A stretch of 43,977 bases of DNA from the NCBI GenBank assembly GCA_013416795.1, contig RQSC01000018.1, positions 86,029 through 130,005 of the forward strand, written 5' to 3'. The translations under genes were made by a program, and so were the position numbers. Below the pieces are notes generated by a model. That model ran no database searches, was not told where the DNA came from, and saw nothing but the letters and a program-made list of their open reading frames with translations. The DNA is from Prasinococcaceae sp. CCMP 1430 (taxonomy: Eukaryota; Plantae; Prasinodermophyta). Shown piece after piece: positions 32,800 through 43,224 of this stretch (position 1 is the first letter of the stretch; each line of letters starts with the position of its first letter).

Positions 32800-34236
32800 A
32801 TGAGGCGGCCATCGGCAACGCGGCGCCGCGCACCGCTGGCCGCAGGTGCTGCGGCCGTCGCCGCGGCCTTGGCAATTTTGGGCTCGCACACCGCGATGCC
32901 CGCGCGCGCAGCCGGGCGGCGCATTCTGAGCGACAGGCCAGAAGACGTGCCCGTCGAGCCCATGCGACCCAACAAACCCGTGAGGCCCACGGATAGCCCT
33001 GCGACGCCCACCAAGTCGCCCAGCGTCGCGCCGACCAAGTCTCCCACGCGCGCCACGCCGCGGCCGTCCGCCTCGCCCACGGCGCCTTCGGACTCGTGCG
33101 TGGGCTTCTGCAACGACTTCGCGCCCTCGGGATGCTCGTGCCGCGCCAACTGCGCGGCCCCCGACCCGCCCGTGCCCATCGATCTCATCCCCGTCGAACG
33201 GCTCACTCCGTCCGAGGGCGACGAGGAGCTTCCCATCGCGATGCCGACGCGCGACTCGCCGTTCACGGTAGCGCCAACCGCGGGAGGCGAGCAGTGCTGC
33301 CTCGACGCCTGCGAGGTGCGAGCTGCGCTTTTGTGCGCATGAGTGCGGTCTTCGGTTGAGGGCCTCTCGGCGCATGTGACGCGTGCGATGCTGCATTGGG
33401 TTGTTGACTCGTAGGTACTCGCGCTGCGCTGCAACACTCGCTTCTGCAAATGCGCTCATCTGCACGACGCCGGCTCACTTGCGTAGGCGTGCGGGTACGG
33501 CACCAAGAGCGGCTTCGCCGACAGCCCGCGCTGCGTGGCCGGCCTTCCGACCAAGGCGCCGACAGCCTTTCCGGTGGTGGTGCCCGAGCCCGAGCCCGAG
33601 CCGTACTACGAGATCATCGACCCCGTTCCGAACGAGCCTCCCACGGCCGCGCCGACGGCCGCGCCAACTGTCGCTCCCGCGAGCGCACCAACCGCTACCC
33701 CCACGGTCCCTCCAACGACGACGCCAACCGATGCGCCGACCGCGTCGCCATCCTCACCCCCCACCACCGCGCCTACCTCATCCCCCACGGGGTCTCCAAC
33801 CTCATCGCCGACGTCAAGCCCCACAACACAACCGACCTCCTCGCCTACCTCATCCCCCACGGGGTCTCCAACCTCATCGCCGACGTCAAGCCCCACAACA
33901 CAACCGACCTCCTCGCCTACCTCATCCCCCACGGCCTCTCCAACCTCATCGCCGACGTCAAGCCCCACATCACAGCCGACCTCTTCGCCCACCAGCTCGC
34001 CGACGAACGCGCCGACCGTGTCTCCAACGGGCGCGCCATCTACCGCACCCACGGCTTCGCCGACCTCCGAACCCACCAGCTCGCCGACGAGCGCGCCGAC
34101 GACCCCCAGCTGCTTCACTTTCCTGGATGCAGCGAGTTGCGCCGCAGCAGCAGGATGTCTCTGGGTTGAAGTTGACATTGGAAATCCCGATGCCGGCGGT
34201 GCTTGTTTCATTATTGACCCTAGTCTATTCCAGTAG
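32800..34236 (+). CDS. Secreted or surface mucin-like Ser/Pro/Thr-repeat protein with somatomedin-B-like Cys motif; exons 32800-33315, 33487-34236
   Basis: Hydrophobic N-terminus, SCVGFCNDFAPSGCSCRANC...CCLDACEAC, long PTSSPT repeats, small C-terminal Cys module; the GT-AG intron joins in frame. Confidence 0.8.
33772..33987 (+). repeat. 3 x 72-nt tandem coding repeat (24-aa PTSSPT unit)
   Basis: Units start at 33772, 33844 and 33916; the first two are identical. Confidence 0.9.
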
Positions 34237-34595
34237 CTGGCTGGAGCGCCCCCTGCTACAGTCGTGCTACACGCCCACACGTTACACGCGTTGCAGCGTA
34301 CACTCAGCTATCGATGGCGGCGGCCGCGGTGGCGGCGGCCGCGATGGCAGTGGCACCAGATACCGGGGGTGTAGCAACCCCGATTGGACTGCCCTGATGT
34401 AAGGCCGCGGCACTTCTTTCTTTCTTGTTCATAAAGCGTGGCTTGGGCATCAGTCAAGCACGTGTGCCATAGAGAGTTTCAACTCGTGCTTACCGCGCAT
34501 GGCCCCGCACATGTCGCTCGCTCGCTCGCTCGCTCGCGCTCCCATCGCCTCGCCAGGGCGGCGGCGCCATCGCCCGGCGCGCCAAAGCGGACCAG

Positions 34596-35669
34596 TTAAG
34601 GCGGCGCAGCCGCCTTGCGCGGCGCGACGGCGAGCGGGTTCGCGACCTCGATCTCCTCCCCGACGGGGCTATCGGATCCTTCGGCGAGCTCGGGCGCACC
34701 ACTCCCGTCACCGGCAGAGGCGCCGGCCTCCCCCTCTGCGGCGCGACTCGCAACGCGGCCCTCGACGACCTGATGCGAGGACGTCGAGATGTCGCTCGCC
34801 ACCAGGTGCACCTGCGAGGGGTGACGCTCCGCAGAGGCCTCCTCCTCCTCGTCGGGCACCACGCCCTCCCCCACCAGCGCCAGCGCACGGCGAGCGGCGC
34901 GCTTGGTGCGCCAGCGCCGGAAGCGGTAGGCGACGAACTTGGCCAGCGCGCCGCCGAAGACGATCACCGCCACGATAATGCCGAAGACGTCCAGCCCGAG
35001 GTTGCTGTTGTCTGGCACAGAGCAGCTTGCGGAGCGCACAGCGCCGCCGTCGCCGGCGAAGGCGAAGCCGAGCGAGTCGGGGGCGGTGGCAGCGTCATCG
35101 TCGCCGTCCTCTCCGGCGGCCACTTCGGCGGCGGTGCTGCTGAGGTTGTTGCACGCCACCCCCTCGCCGACGCCGAAGGGCCCCCAGAGCTTCCACACGG
35201 GGTCGTTCGTCGCGAGCGGTTCCCCGCACTCGTCGTCGGTGTACCACGACAGCAGCGCGAGCGCGCCGTTGTCGTCGGCGGAGAGCTGGACGAGATAGTG
35301 CGAGCCGTTCGCGGCGGCGATCGCCGCGGCGGCGCGCGCTGCACCGCCGCGCGCGAGGGAGGGCGGCAGGTCGGAGCCGGCGTTGCAATCGAGGAGCGAC
35401 AGCGCGAAGGGCGACAGCGCGTTGGTCGTAACGCTCGGCGCGTCGTTCGCCCCCTCCTCCGGGGCGATGTCGCTGCTGTTGCTCGTGGCCCCCGCGCCGC
35501 CTGTGCCCCCACCCCCACCCGATCCTCCGGTGGCGTTGGCCACCGAGGCCGGTGGGTCGTCCACGTCGAGCGAAACCTCCGCGCAGTCGTCCACCGCGGC
35601 GTACACCGTGCACACCACTTCCTTCTGCGCGCACGCGCCGCGCGGCGCGGCCGCGGCGGCCAGCAGCAT
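34596..35669 (-). CDS. Hypothetical type I single-pass membrane protein with Cys-containing ectodomain
   Basis: Signal-like MLLAAAAAPRGACA, TM segment LGLDVFGIIVAVIVFGGALAKFVAY followed by RFRRWRTKR (positive-inside), acidic tail. Confidence 0.7.
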   Translation of the reverse strand: MLLAAAAAPRGACAQKEVVCTVYAAVDDCAEVSLDVDDPPASVANATGGSGGGGGTGGAGATSNSSDIAPEEGANDAPSVTTNALSPFALSLLDCNAGSDLPPSLARGGAARAAAAIAAANGSHYLVQLSADDNGALALLSWYTDDECGEPLATNDPVWKLWGPFGVGEGVACNNLSSTAAEVAAGEDGDDDAATAPDSLGFAFAGDGGAVRSASCSVPDNSNLGLDVFGIIVAVIVFGGALAKFVAYRFRRWRTKRAARRALALVGEGVVPDEEEEASAERHPSQVHLVASDISTSSHQVVEGRVASRAAEGEAGASAGDGSGAPELAEGSDSPVGEEIEVANPLAVAPRKAAAPP

Positions 35670-37279
35670 CGCCGCAGCGGCGGCGGCGGCTGGATGTTTT
35701 GCTGCACGTCCTGCTTTTGAGGCACCTGAGGTGCGCCCTGGTACGTCTGTTGTGGCCAAGCCGGTGCGGGGGACGTGCGAACCCTTCCCAGGTGGCCCGA
35801 CCCGGCGCGCGCGCCGCCGTGCTCCGCACGCGGTGTGCCGCCCGTCCCTCCCCAGCGCCCGCCCAAGCCCCACCTCCCGCGCGCGCGCAGATCAGGCTGC
35901 CAAATCTCGCGGAGTGCCGCAGTGTGGGGTTTGTGGGCCCCACGGATGTGGCCATCAGCCGCGCCATCTGCAGCCTACCATCATGATGGTACGACACTCT
36001 GCATTGGTGCGTTCGGTGGGAGGCGGGTATGAGCGACGCCGTCTACAGGCCTGGACCTCGCACGTACGCACTCCAGCGGGCCCAGACGCTGCGAGGGCAA
36101 GGATAAAAAGCTCGGGCGACCCAGGGCCGCGTCAGCGGCCGGCGTCGTACGGGCGCGCTCGCGTAGCCTCCAGCCTCCAGCCTCCCGCCCGGCGCCCCCA
36201 AGGGCTCCTGCGCGCCGGCCGTGCTGGGGCCCGTTGACTTGACAGCGCGCGGCGCCAGCACGGCCTGCTGGCTGCGCGGCCACAGGTTGATGAGGACCTG
36301 CTTCAAGGCGAGTGCCGCGCACCACACCTACCATCGTGATGGCACACACACGCCTCACATCCCACGGCTGAGCACGCGCCTGCATCAGGTCAGACCACGT
36401 TGGGAGTTGTGTGTGTGTTCACAGCAGCAACAACTCCTCTTTCATGCGTGTTTACTGTGCATCCCGTCCCATCCGAGTCCCCGCCCAACACTGTGCCTCT
36501 ATTGGGCGATTGCTCGGTTTGTTGGGGCCGCGGCAACTTGCTAACTCGGGGGTGGGCATTGATTGATGAGCGATGCAATGGCAAGAAAGGGTGGGACGGA
36601 GCACGGGAGATCCAAAGGGAGGCATTCTTGGTCCGAATACGCACCAAGTAATTGGCGTTGGCATTGGGTCGTTGACGCCGCTTAATTGGAAGGTGTTTTC
36701 GTTTAATTTGTTTGCGATCCGCGGGCGCCGTTGGTTCGTTTTTCTCGGGGGCTTTCGGGGCCGCCGGCGGGGCGCGCGCGCGGATGCGGATGCGGGTGCG
36801 GATGCGCACATCAGAACGCATGCGCGCGCGCGCGCGCGCGGCCGCGCACATCAGAACGCATGCGGCGGAAAATTCGCGGCGGGCGGGCCAGGGCGGGCGC
36901 CCCACGCAGCCGCGCGGGGCGTGCCGGCGGGGGCGGCAGGGGAACAAAAGGAAGAATAGCGTGCGCCAGCGCCCCTTTCACTTCAAGCAACGTTGACCGG
37001 GCCGCCGACGCAGCTCGGGCGCGGGCGCCGAGCGGCGGCGCGCGCGCCGGAGGAGGAGACGAGGCGCACAACACCCTCCACCAGTGTAGCGAGACGCGCA
37101 GCACCGACAGCAGCAGCGCGGAGGTAGAAGAAGCCCGCGTCCACACAGCCGCGCGTGGCTGCTCGACGCGCGCGGTCGTCGGCACCGGTGTCGACCGTGG
37201 TAGTCCTACAGACCGCCGGCCGCCCGGCAGCGATACAGAGCGCGTTCGCAGGCTGCTCGCGAGGCACGGCGCGTTGGTG

Positions 37280-38728
37280 ATGGCGCTCGCGGTGGCGTCA
37301 GCGACGACGGCGTGTGTCGCGAGGGCCGCGGCCGGCTGCGTGATACGGCTGGTCATCGCCCCCGCCATCGTCCAAAAAATCATCGGGGACGACGACGGCG
37401 ACGAGGAGGAGCGGGCGGGCGACGGCAGGCAACGCAAGGCGGGCGGGCAACCGGGCACGCCTGCTCAGGTGTGCGTCCACTGCCGGGAGAGGATCAGGGC
37501 GAAGCTGATCGTCGTCGACGAGGCCGGCGGCGATCAGGCGGATGACGCAGTTGGCGAGGGCAGCGGCGGACGAAGCCTCTCCGACGCCGACACGGCGGCC
37601 AGCAGCCATTCCAACAGCGCCGACGTGTCGCTCGTGTCCACGGCGGGTGTTGCCGACGCCGGCCCGGGCGCCGGAGCACGCGATGGTGCCGCCGAGCTGG
37701 CGGGCCGAGCGGAAGGCGCAGGGGGCGGGGTGGCCGTGCATGGCGCGCCTTCGAGCTCCCCCTCGTTGGACGCGGCCCTGCGGGACGCCGAGCGCGAGCG
37801 CCAGAGCTCTGCTTGGCTGGCCGAGGCGCTGGCGAGCGAGGCCAAGGCGCGGCAGGACGCGCAGAAGCGGCTCGAGGCAGCCCGCGCCGAGCTCGCGCGC
37901 GTGCGCGAGGTTCTCGAGGTTTTGGAGATGCACTCGCCGGGGCTGTCGCCGAGCCTCTCGCTGAGCAGGTACGACAACGGCGCGTTCTCGCCGCGCGACG
38001 GCGTCGACGAGAAGGTCGTGCTCTCGCCCAGCGCGGAGGAGAGCGACGAGCCCCTCGCCTCGCGCGCGACAGCGCTCTTCGACAACGCCGTGTACTCCGC
38101 GGCGGCCACGCCCCGCACCGGCCGCGGCCAAGAAGGCACGCCACGGGCGGCAGTCTCCCCCGCCCGCGAGGCGCGCGACTTCACGGTCGTCGCGGACGCC
38201 CACCACAGCAGCAGCGCCGAGGAGAGCTGCGTGCGCATCGTGCACGACACCGGCGTCTACAGCATCACGGCGCCGCTGCCGCCGCCGGCATACTACTACG
38301 ACTCGCCTCCGCGCGATTCCTCGGCGCGCGCGCCCTCGTCGCCGGCGCGCCGGGCCATGGCCAGTGTGGAGCGCAACATCGCCGCCGCGAACCTCGGCAA
38401 GAGCCCGCGCAGGCGCGTGGCCAGCCCGCGCCGCGCGGCGAAAAAAGCGACGGACAGCCCGCGCCGCCAGGGCGAGCGCCGCCAGGGCTCGCCGAGGGAG
38501 GTCCGCTCCTTCCCTGCCAGCCACCCCCTGCCTCCTCAGACAAGCTCCGGCGACTCGGCCGAGGAGCAGGGCAGCACAGGCGTGACGACGCCGCCGCAGC
38601 CGGCGGCCAAGCAGCCGACCGTGGAGGAGCAGCTGGTGCACCACCTTCAGCAGCGCTTCAGCCCCCCCTCGAGGACTCAGGCCGCACGCCACGCCCGGCA
38701 ACCGGTGCGCCGCCCGGTGCTCAACTGA
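37280..38728 (+). CDS. Hypothetical low-complexity protein with coiled-coil segment; start uncertain
   Basis: Long GC3-biased ORF with LDAALRDAERERQ...LEAARAELARVREVLEVLE heptads and an SP-rich C-terminus. No family recognised. Confidence 0.6.
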   Translation: MALAVASATTACVARAAAGCVIRLVIAPAIVQKIIGDDDGDEEERAGDGRQRKAGGQPGTPAQVCVHCRERIRAKLIVVDEAGGDQADDAVGEGSGGRSLSDADTAASSHSNSADVSLVSTAGVADAGPGAGARDGAAELAGRAEGAGGGVAVHGAPSSSPSLDAALRDAERERQSSAWLAEALASEAKARQDAQKRLEAARAELARVREVLEVLEMHSPGLSPSLSLSRYDNGAFSPRDGVDEKVVLSPSAEESDEPLASRATALFDNAVYSAAATPRTGRGQEGTPRAAVSPAREARDFTVVADAHHSSSAEESCVRIVHDTGVYSITAPLPPPAYYYDSPPRDSSARAPSSPARRAMASVERNIAAANLGKSPRRRVASPRRAAKKATDSPRRQGERRQGSPREVRSFPASHPLPPQTSSGDSAEEQGSTGVTTPPQPAAKQPTVEEQLVHHLQQRFSPPSRTQAARHARQPVRRPVLN

Positions 38729-39168
38729 ACAACAGTGCCGGGCGATGAGGGCGTGTGGGCCGCAGTCGCCGGCAGTCGATGAATGCGGGAGGAGAGCAGG
38801 GCGTCCCCAAGCCAGGCCATCCCTGCCGCGGGGCGAGCGAGGGGAGAGGAGAAGCGCAGGCATACCATTGACGCGTGGTGAGGGAGCGCGCGTCGGCCTC
38901 GGGGCCGTGGCGCGTCCACGCCTATCCCACGCACGGAGGAGAGGCTAGTATCTATTCCCGCCGAGCAGTTCGTAAGAGCGCCCGGTGCGGGTCCGCGACG
39001 GCTTAGAAGCGTCGCGAGGCGACACACCACCAACGGAGTAATTTTGGACGAGTTTCGCCCGTGGCAGGCGGGGAGCACAAGGCCGGGCCCGCTCCGCGCC
39101 GACGCGCGCGCGGCAGGCCTCGCGCTGCAGCGTTCCGTGCCCGCCGCGCGCCGCGCATCGCCCGCCGC

Positions 39169-39902
<734 letters not shown>

Positions 39903-39928
39903 NGGGGCGAGCCGGCCGCGCCGCCGCG

Positions 39929-40162
39929 ATGGAGGCGGCGCTCCTGCGGGCGATCGACGCCGCCGGCGACGGAGGCGGGGTCGACTCGCAGGCCTTCGCC
40001 GCCGCCGGCGGCTACGCGCACGGCGATGTGCTCGGCCTCGTGCGCTCGCTCGTCGCCGCGGAGATGGTGGCTGCGACGGACGTCGAGATCGTCACTTGGG
40101 GCCTCACCGCCGAGGGGCAGGAGTTCGTGGAAAAGGGCTCCGCGGTGGCGCGCGTGCACGCG
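39929..40162 (+). other. FARSA: Cytosolic phenylalanyl-tRNA synthetase alpha N-terminal winged-helix fragment
   Basis: MEAALLRAID...VDSQAFA...HGDVLGLVRSL...VAATDVEIVTWGLTAEGQEFVEKGS resembles the eukaryotic FARSA N-terminal pattern (DS..FA...H..V...VKSL...W.LT.EG......GS). No catalytic domain follows. Confidence 0.72.
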
Positions 40163-42286
40163 GGCGAGCTCTACGAGTCGCTGCACCGCGCGGCCGCGAG
40201 CGTTGACGCCAGCTCCAATCCAGCGACTGCGCGCGTGCCGCTCGCTGGGGGCGCAGCAGCGGCGGTCCTGCGTGGCGTCACCGCTCGCTCTGCAGGACTG
40301 GCCCGCGCGTTCCCTGCCGCGGTGGTCACCGACGAGGACGGGAGCGAAACTGCGATTGCGCTGCGATCGCGCTGCTTCTCTGCGCGCACAACCGCGCTGG
40401 TGGTCGACGCCTCCACCGGCGAGCACGTGGAGTGCACCCCTGGCGGTGCCGCCGAGCAAGGAGACGGAGGCGACGGCGTCGACGACGGCAGCAGCGCCTT
40501 CCTGTGCGGCACGCCGAGTTACATGCATGGGTACGTCGAGTGCGCCGGACGCCGCTTCGCGATAACCGCAGGTGGTAGCAGCTCCGCCGACGCAGGGGCG
40601 GCGGCACGCGCGGCACCGTCAGAGGCGGGCGCCCGCGACATCGGAGGGTCTCTGCGGGCGAGAGGCGTGGAGACGGTCGCAGTGGAGCTCGCCGGCACGG
40701 CCGGGGACGACCACAGCGCAGACGCCGCGACGATCGGCGGCGTCGCAGCAGCAGAGGCCACGCCCAGAGACCCCTTCCTCTCCACCAGGAGGGGCAAATC
40801 GCAGCACCCTTTCGCGCTCGAGAGCCTCGACGAGGACGAGGAGCTGGCGGAGCTGCCCGCAAGCGCCCAGGGCGCGCGCGGGGGCGGGGGCGCGAGCGCG
40901 CGCAAGCTGCTCTACATAAACGCGACCGCCTTGGCGGCCGATGCCGCTCTTGCAGCACCGCCCAAGGCGGTGGAGAACTACGAGCTGACCCGCCCGATGG
41001 TGGAGCAGCTCGTCGAGGCGGCGGACGGCGCGACGGGGTGCCTTTCCGTGGCGGTCGACACGACGCCCGAGCTCGTGTGGCAAAGCCCGTGGGACGGCGA
41101 CGCGGACGCGCTGGCGGAGTACCTCGTCTCACTGTACACGTACGCCTCGTACATCCTCTCGCGCGACGCGGGCGTTGGTATTTCGCTCGTGCACCTGCGC
41201 GTGAACAAGAACGTCAACACGTCGCCGTACGCGGGTTCGTGCGAGACGCTGGGGGCGACGGGGATGGGCGCGCTGCTCGAGCAGGTCGTGCCAGTGTGGG
41301 ATGAGCGCCGCGCCAAGGACAAGTCCCTGCCCGACGCGCACCTCGTGCAGCTTGTCACCGGGCGCATGAAGGACGGGGGCAACTGCGGCGGGCGAGCAAC
41401 CACCTACGTTGGCACGCTCGTGCCGCCCAAAGAGTCCACGCCCATGAACGCCGTGTGCATGCAGAAGCGCCGCAGCGTGGTGAGCCTGACGTCGTCGTGG
41501 GCGGGGCTGCCGCAGCTTCACGACGGGACTGGCGGCGGGGCGACGGCCACCACCGCGTTGGAGGAGGCGCGCGCGGGCACTGACGGAGATGCTAGTGAGC
41601 TTTCTGGGGAGCTCTATAGCACGGTCGGCGACTGGGACGCCATGGTGGTTGTGCACGAGCTTCTGCACAATCTCGGCTCCGCGCACACGCACGACTGCAC
41701 CTTCTACGACCCGCCGCTCGACTTGTGCGGCGCATCGTCGTCCGGGGGGGAGTGCGGCGCAAAGGAGTGCTCCACAGGCAGCATTATGAGCTACTGCCAC
41801 CTGTGCGGCCTGAACTCGGTGCGCCTCGGCCTGCACCCGCGCGTGGCGAGCGTCGTGCGGCGCGCGCTCGCTCCGGGTGGCGTGGGCTGCGCCGCATGTG
41901 TAGGGCCACCCATGGGCTCGCTGGAGCTACTGGACGCGGCCGAGCTCGACGGCGCGCATCACTCGGATGACGCATTCGTTGGCTTCACGTTGGCCGGCGA
42001 CCATCAAGCGCCCACAACAAATACAAGCGCACCTGCAAGCCCCGCGCCGGCCCCGGCCCCGGCCCCTACACCGGCGCCGCGCAGTGACGCGGCCGATCCG
42101 ACCGACACGCTCGGGTGGGAGCTGGAGGTTAGCGCCGCCGCGCCGCTGCCCGCCCCCTCTCCGCAATTGGAGTTGGAGGTGAGCGCGGCAGCAGCGCCGG
42201 TGCCTGCCCCCTCTCCGGTCGGGAGCGACGCCACCACCACCACTCACGCGGGCGTCCTCCTGGCCCGCGCGTGGCTCGTCGGCTGA
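39929..42286 (+). CDS. Reprolysin/M12B-like zinc metalloprotease ORF whose first ~78 aa resemble the PheRS alpha N-terminus
   Basis: VVVHELLHNLGSAHTHDC (HExxHxxGxxH) and Met-turn GSIMSYCHLC; PAPAP linker and hydrophobic C-terminal end. Confidence 0.8.
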   Translation: MEAALLRAIDAAGDGGGVDSQAFAAAGGYAHGDVLGLVRSLVAAEMVAATDVEIVTWGLTAEGQEFVEKGSAVARVHAGELYESLHRAAASVDASSNPATARVPLAGGAAAAVLRGVTARSAGLARAFPAAVVTDEDGSETAIALRSRCFSARTTALVVDASTGEHVECTPGGAAEQGDGGDGVDDGSSAFLCGTPSYMHGYVECAGRRFAITAGGSSSADAGAAARAAPSEAGARDIGGSLRARGVETVAVELAGTAGDDHSADAATIGGVAAAEATPRDPFLSTRRGKSQHPFALESLDEDEELAELPASAQGARGGGGASARKLLYINATALAADAALAAPPKAVENYELTRPMVEQLVEAADGATGCLSVAVDTTPELVWQSPWDGDADALAEYLVSLYTYASYILSRDAGVGISLVHLRVNKNVNTSPYAGSCETLGATGMGALLEQVVPVWDERRAKDKSLPDAHLVQLVTGRMKDGGNCGGRATTYVGTLVPPKESTPMNAVCMQKRRSVVSLTSSWAGLPQLHDGTGGGATATTALEEARAGTDGDASELSGELYSTVGDWDAMVVVHELLHNLGSAHTHDCTFYDPPLDLCGASSSGGECGAKECSTGSIMSYCHLCGLNSVRLGLHPRVASVVRRALAPGGVGCAACVGPPMGSLELLDAAELDGAHHSDDAFVGFTLAGDHQAPTTNTSAPASPAPAPAPAPTPAPRSDAADPTDTLGWELEVSAAAPLPAPSPQLELEVSAAAAPVPAPSPVGSDATTTTHAGVLLARAWLVG

Positions 42287-42535
42287 GCGCGCACGATAGG
42301 CGCGCGAGGCGGCCACAGGCGTTGGTAGGCGCGCTTGACGGCGGTGAATTCACCGCCCAGCGCGCGCTCGACGGCCGCCCCCAGCGCACACGCCGGCGGG
42401 GGCGCGCCGTTCATTGGTAACGACGACCAGCTAGGCATTCGACCGCCGACCGCACCCCTGCGCGACGAGCCGCCTCAGACTTCTGTAGGAAAAAATGTTA
42501 CACAGCCAAAGGCGGCCTCGGCGTCAGAGGCAGGG

Positions 42536-43133
42536 TCAGAATATGGGGACGCGGCTGACGACGTCAGCGCGAGCCTCGGCGCGGTTGAAGCCCTCCTCGA
42601 GGTTCTTCTCGGTCGAGATGAGCGTCTCCGCCACGGCGCGCCCCTCGCTCGCGAGCGCCGCGCGCACCCCGGCGAGGTCGGAGCGCCCCACGCTGAGGTT
42701 CTCGGGGGCCAGAGGGAACTTGCAGCGCAGCTCGCACACGCCGGCGGACCCGGGGCCCACGCGGTTGTAGCCGGCGGCGCCGCGGCAGGACGCCATGCAG
42801 GACATCGTGCGCTCGCACGTCGCGTCGCCGGCGCACGAGCCCTGCGCGCGAAAGCGCCAGCGGGCGCGCGTCAGTCAGCGCGGGGAGAGAGGGCGGGGCG
42901 AGCTCGCGGCGCGAGCCGCGCCTCGGCACGCCGGCGGGAGGGCTCCCCGTCCCACGCGCTCGCATCGCACTCCACGCACCACCAGTGCCTCCTCGACGGT
43001 GAGCTCCTCCGCCAGCGCGGGCGCGGGCGCCGCGAACACCGCGGCGGCCGCCGCCAGCGCCGCCCCCCACTGCCACGCGACGCGCGCGTGCTCGTCCGAG
43101 TCCGTGCGGCTCTGCCTCGCCGCGTNGCCACAT
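42536..43133 (-). CDS. Small Cys-rich, probably thylakoid-lumen protein; exons about 43133-42980, 42841-42536
   Basis: AALAAAAAVFAAPAPALA/EEL resembles a lumenal transfer peptide; a GT-AG intron joins EEALV to GSCAGDATCERTMSCMASC...CELRC; the start is interrupted by the N at 43126. Confidence 0.65.
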
Positions 43134-43203
43134 CGCGCGCGCGCGCCCCGCACCTCCGCGCGCGCGCGCGCGCGCGCCCCGCTTACGCGGAACCCCCACT
43201 GGC

Positions 43204-43224
43204 ATAAAATCATATAAATATATT
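43204..43224 (-). promoter_or_regulatory. AT-rich TATA-like element upstream of the 42.5-43.1 kb gene
   Basis: ataaaatcatataaatatatt, a rare AT island about 70 nt upstream of the inferred ATG. Confidence 0.35.
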
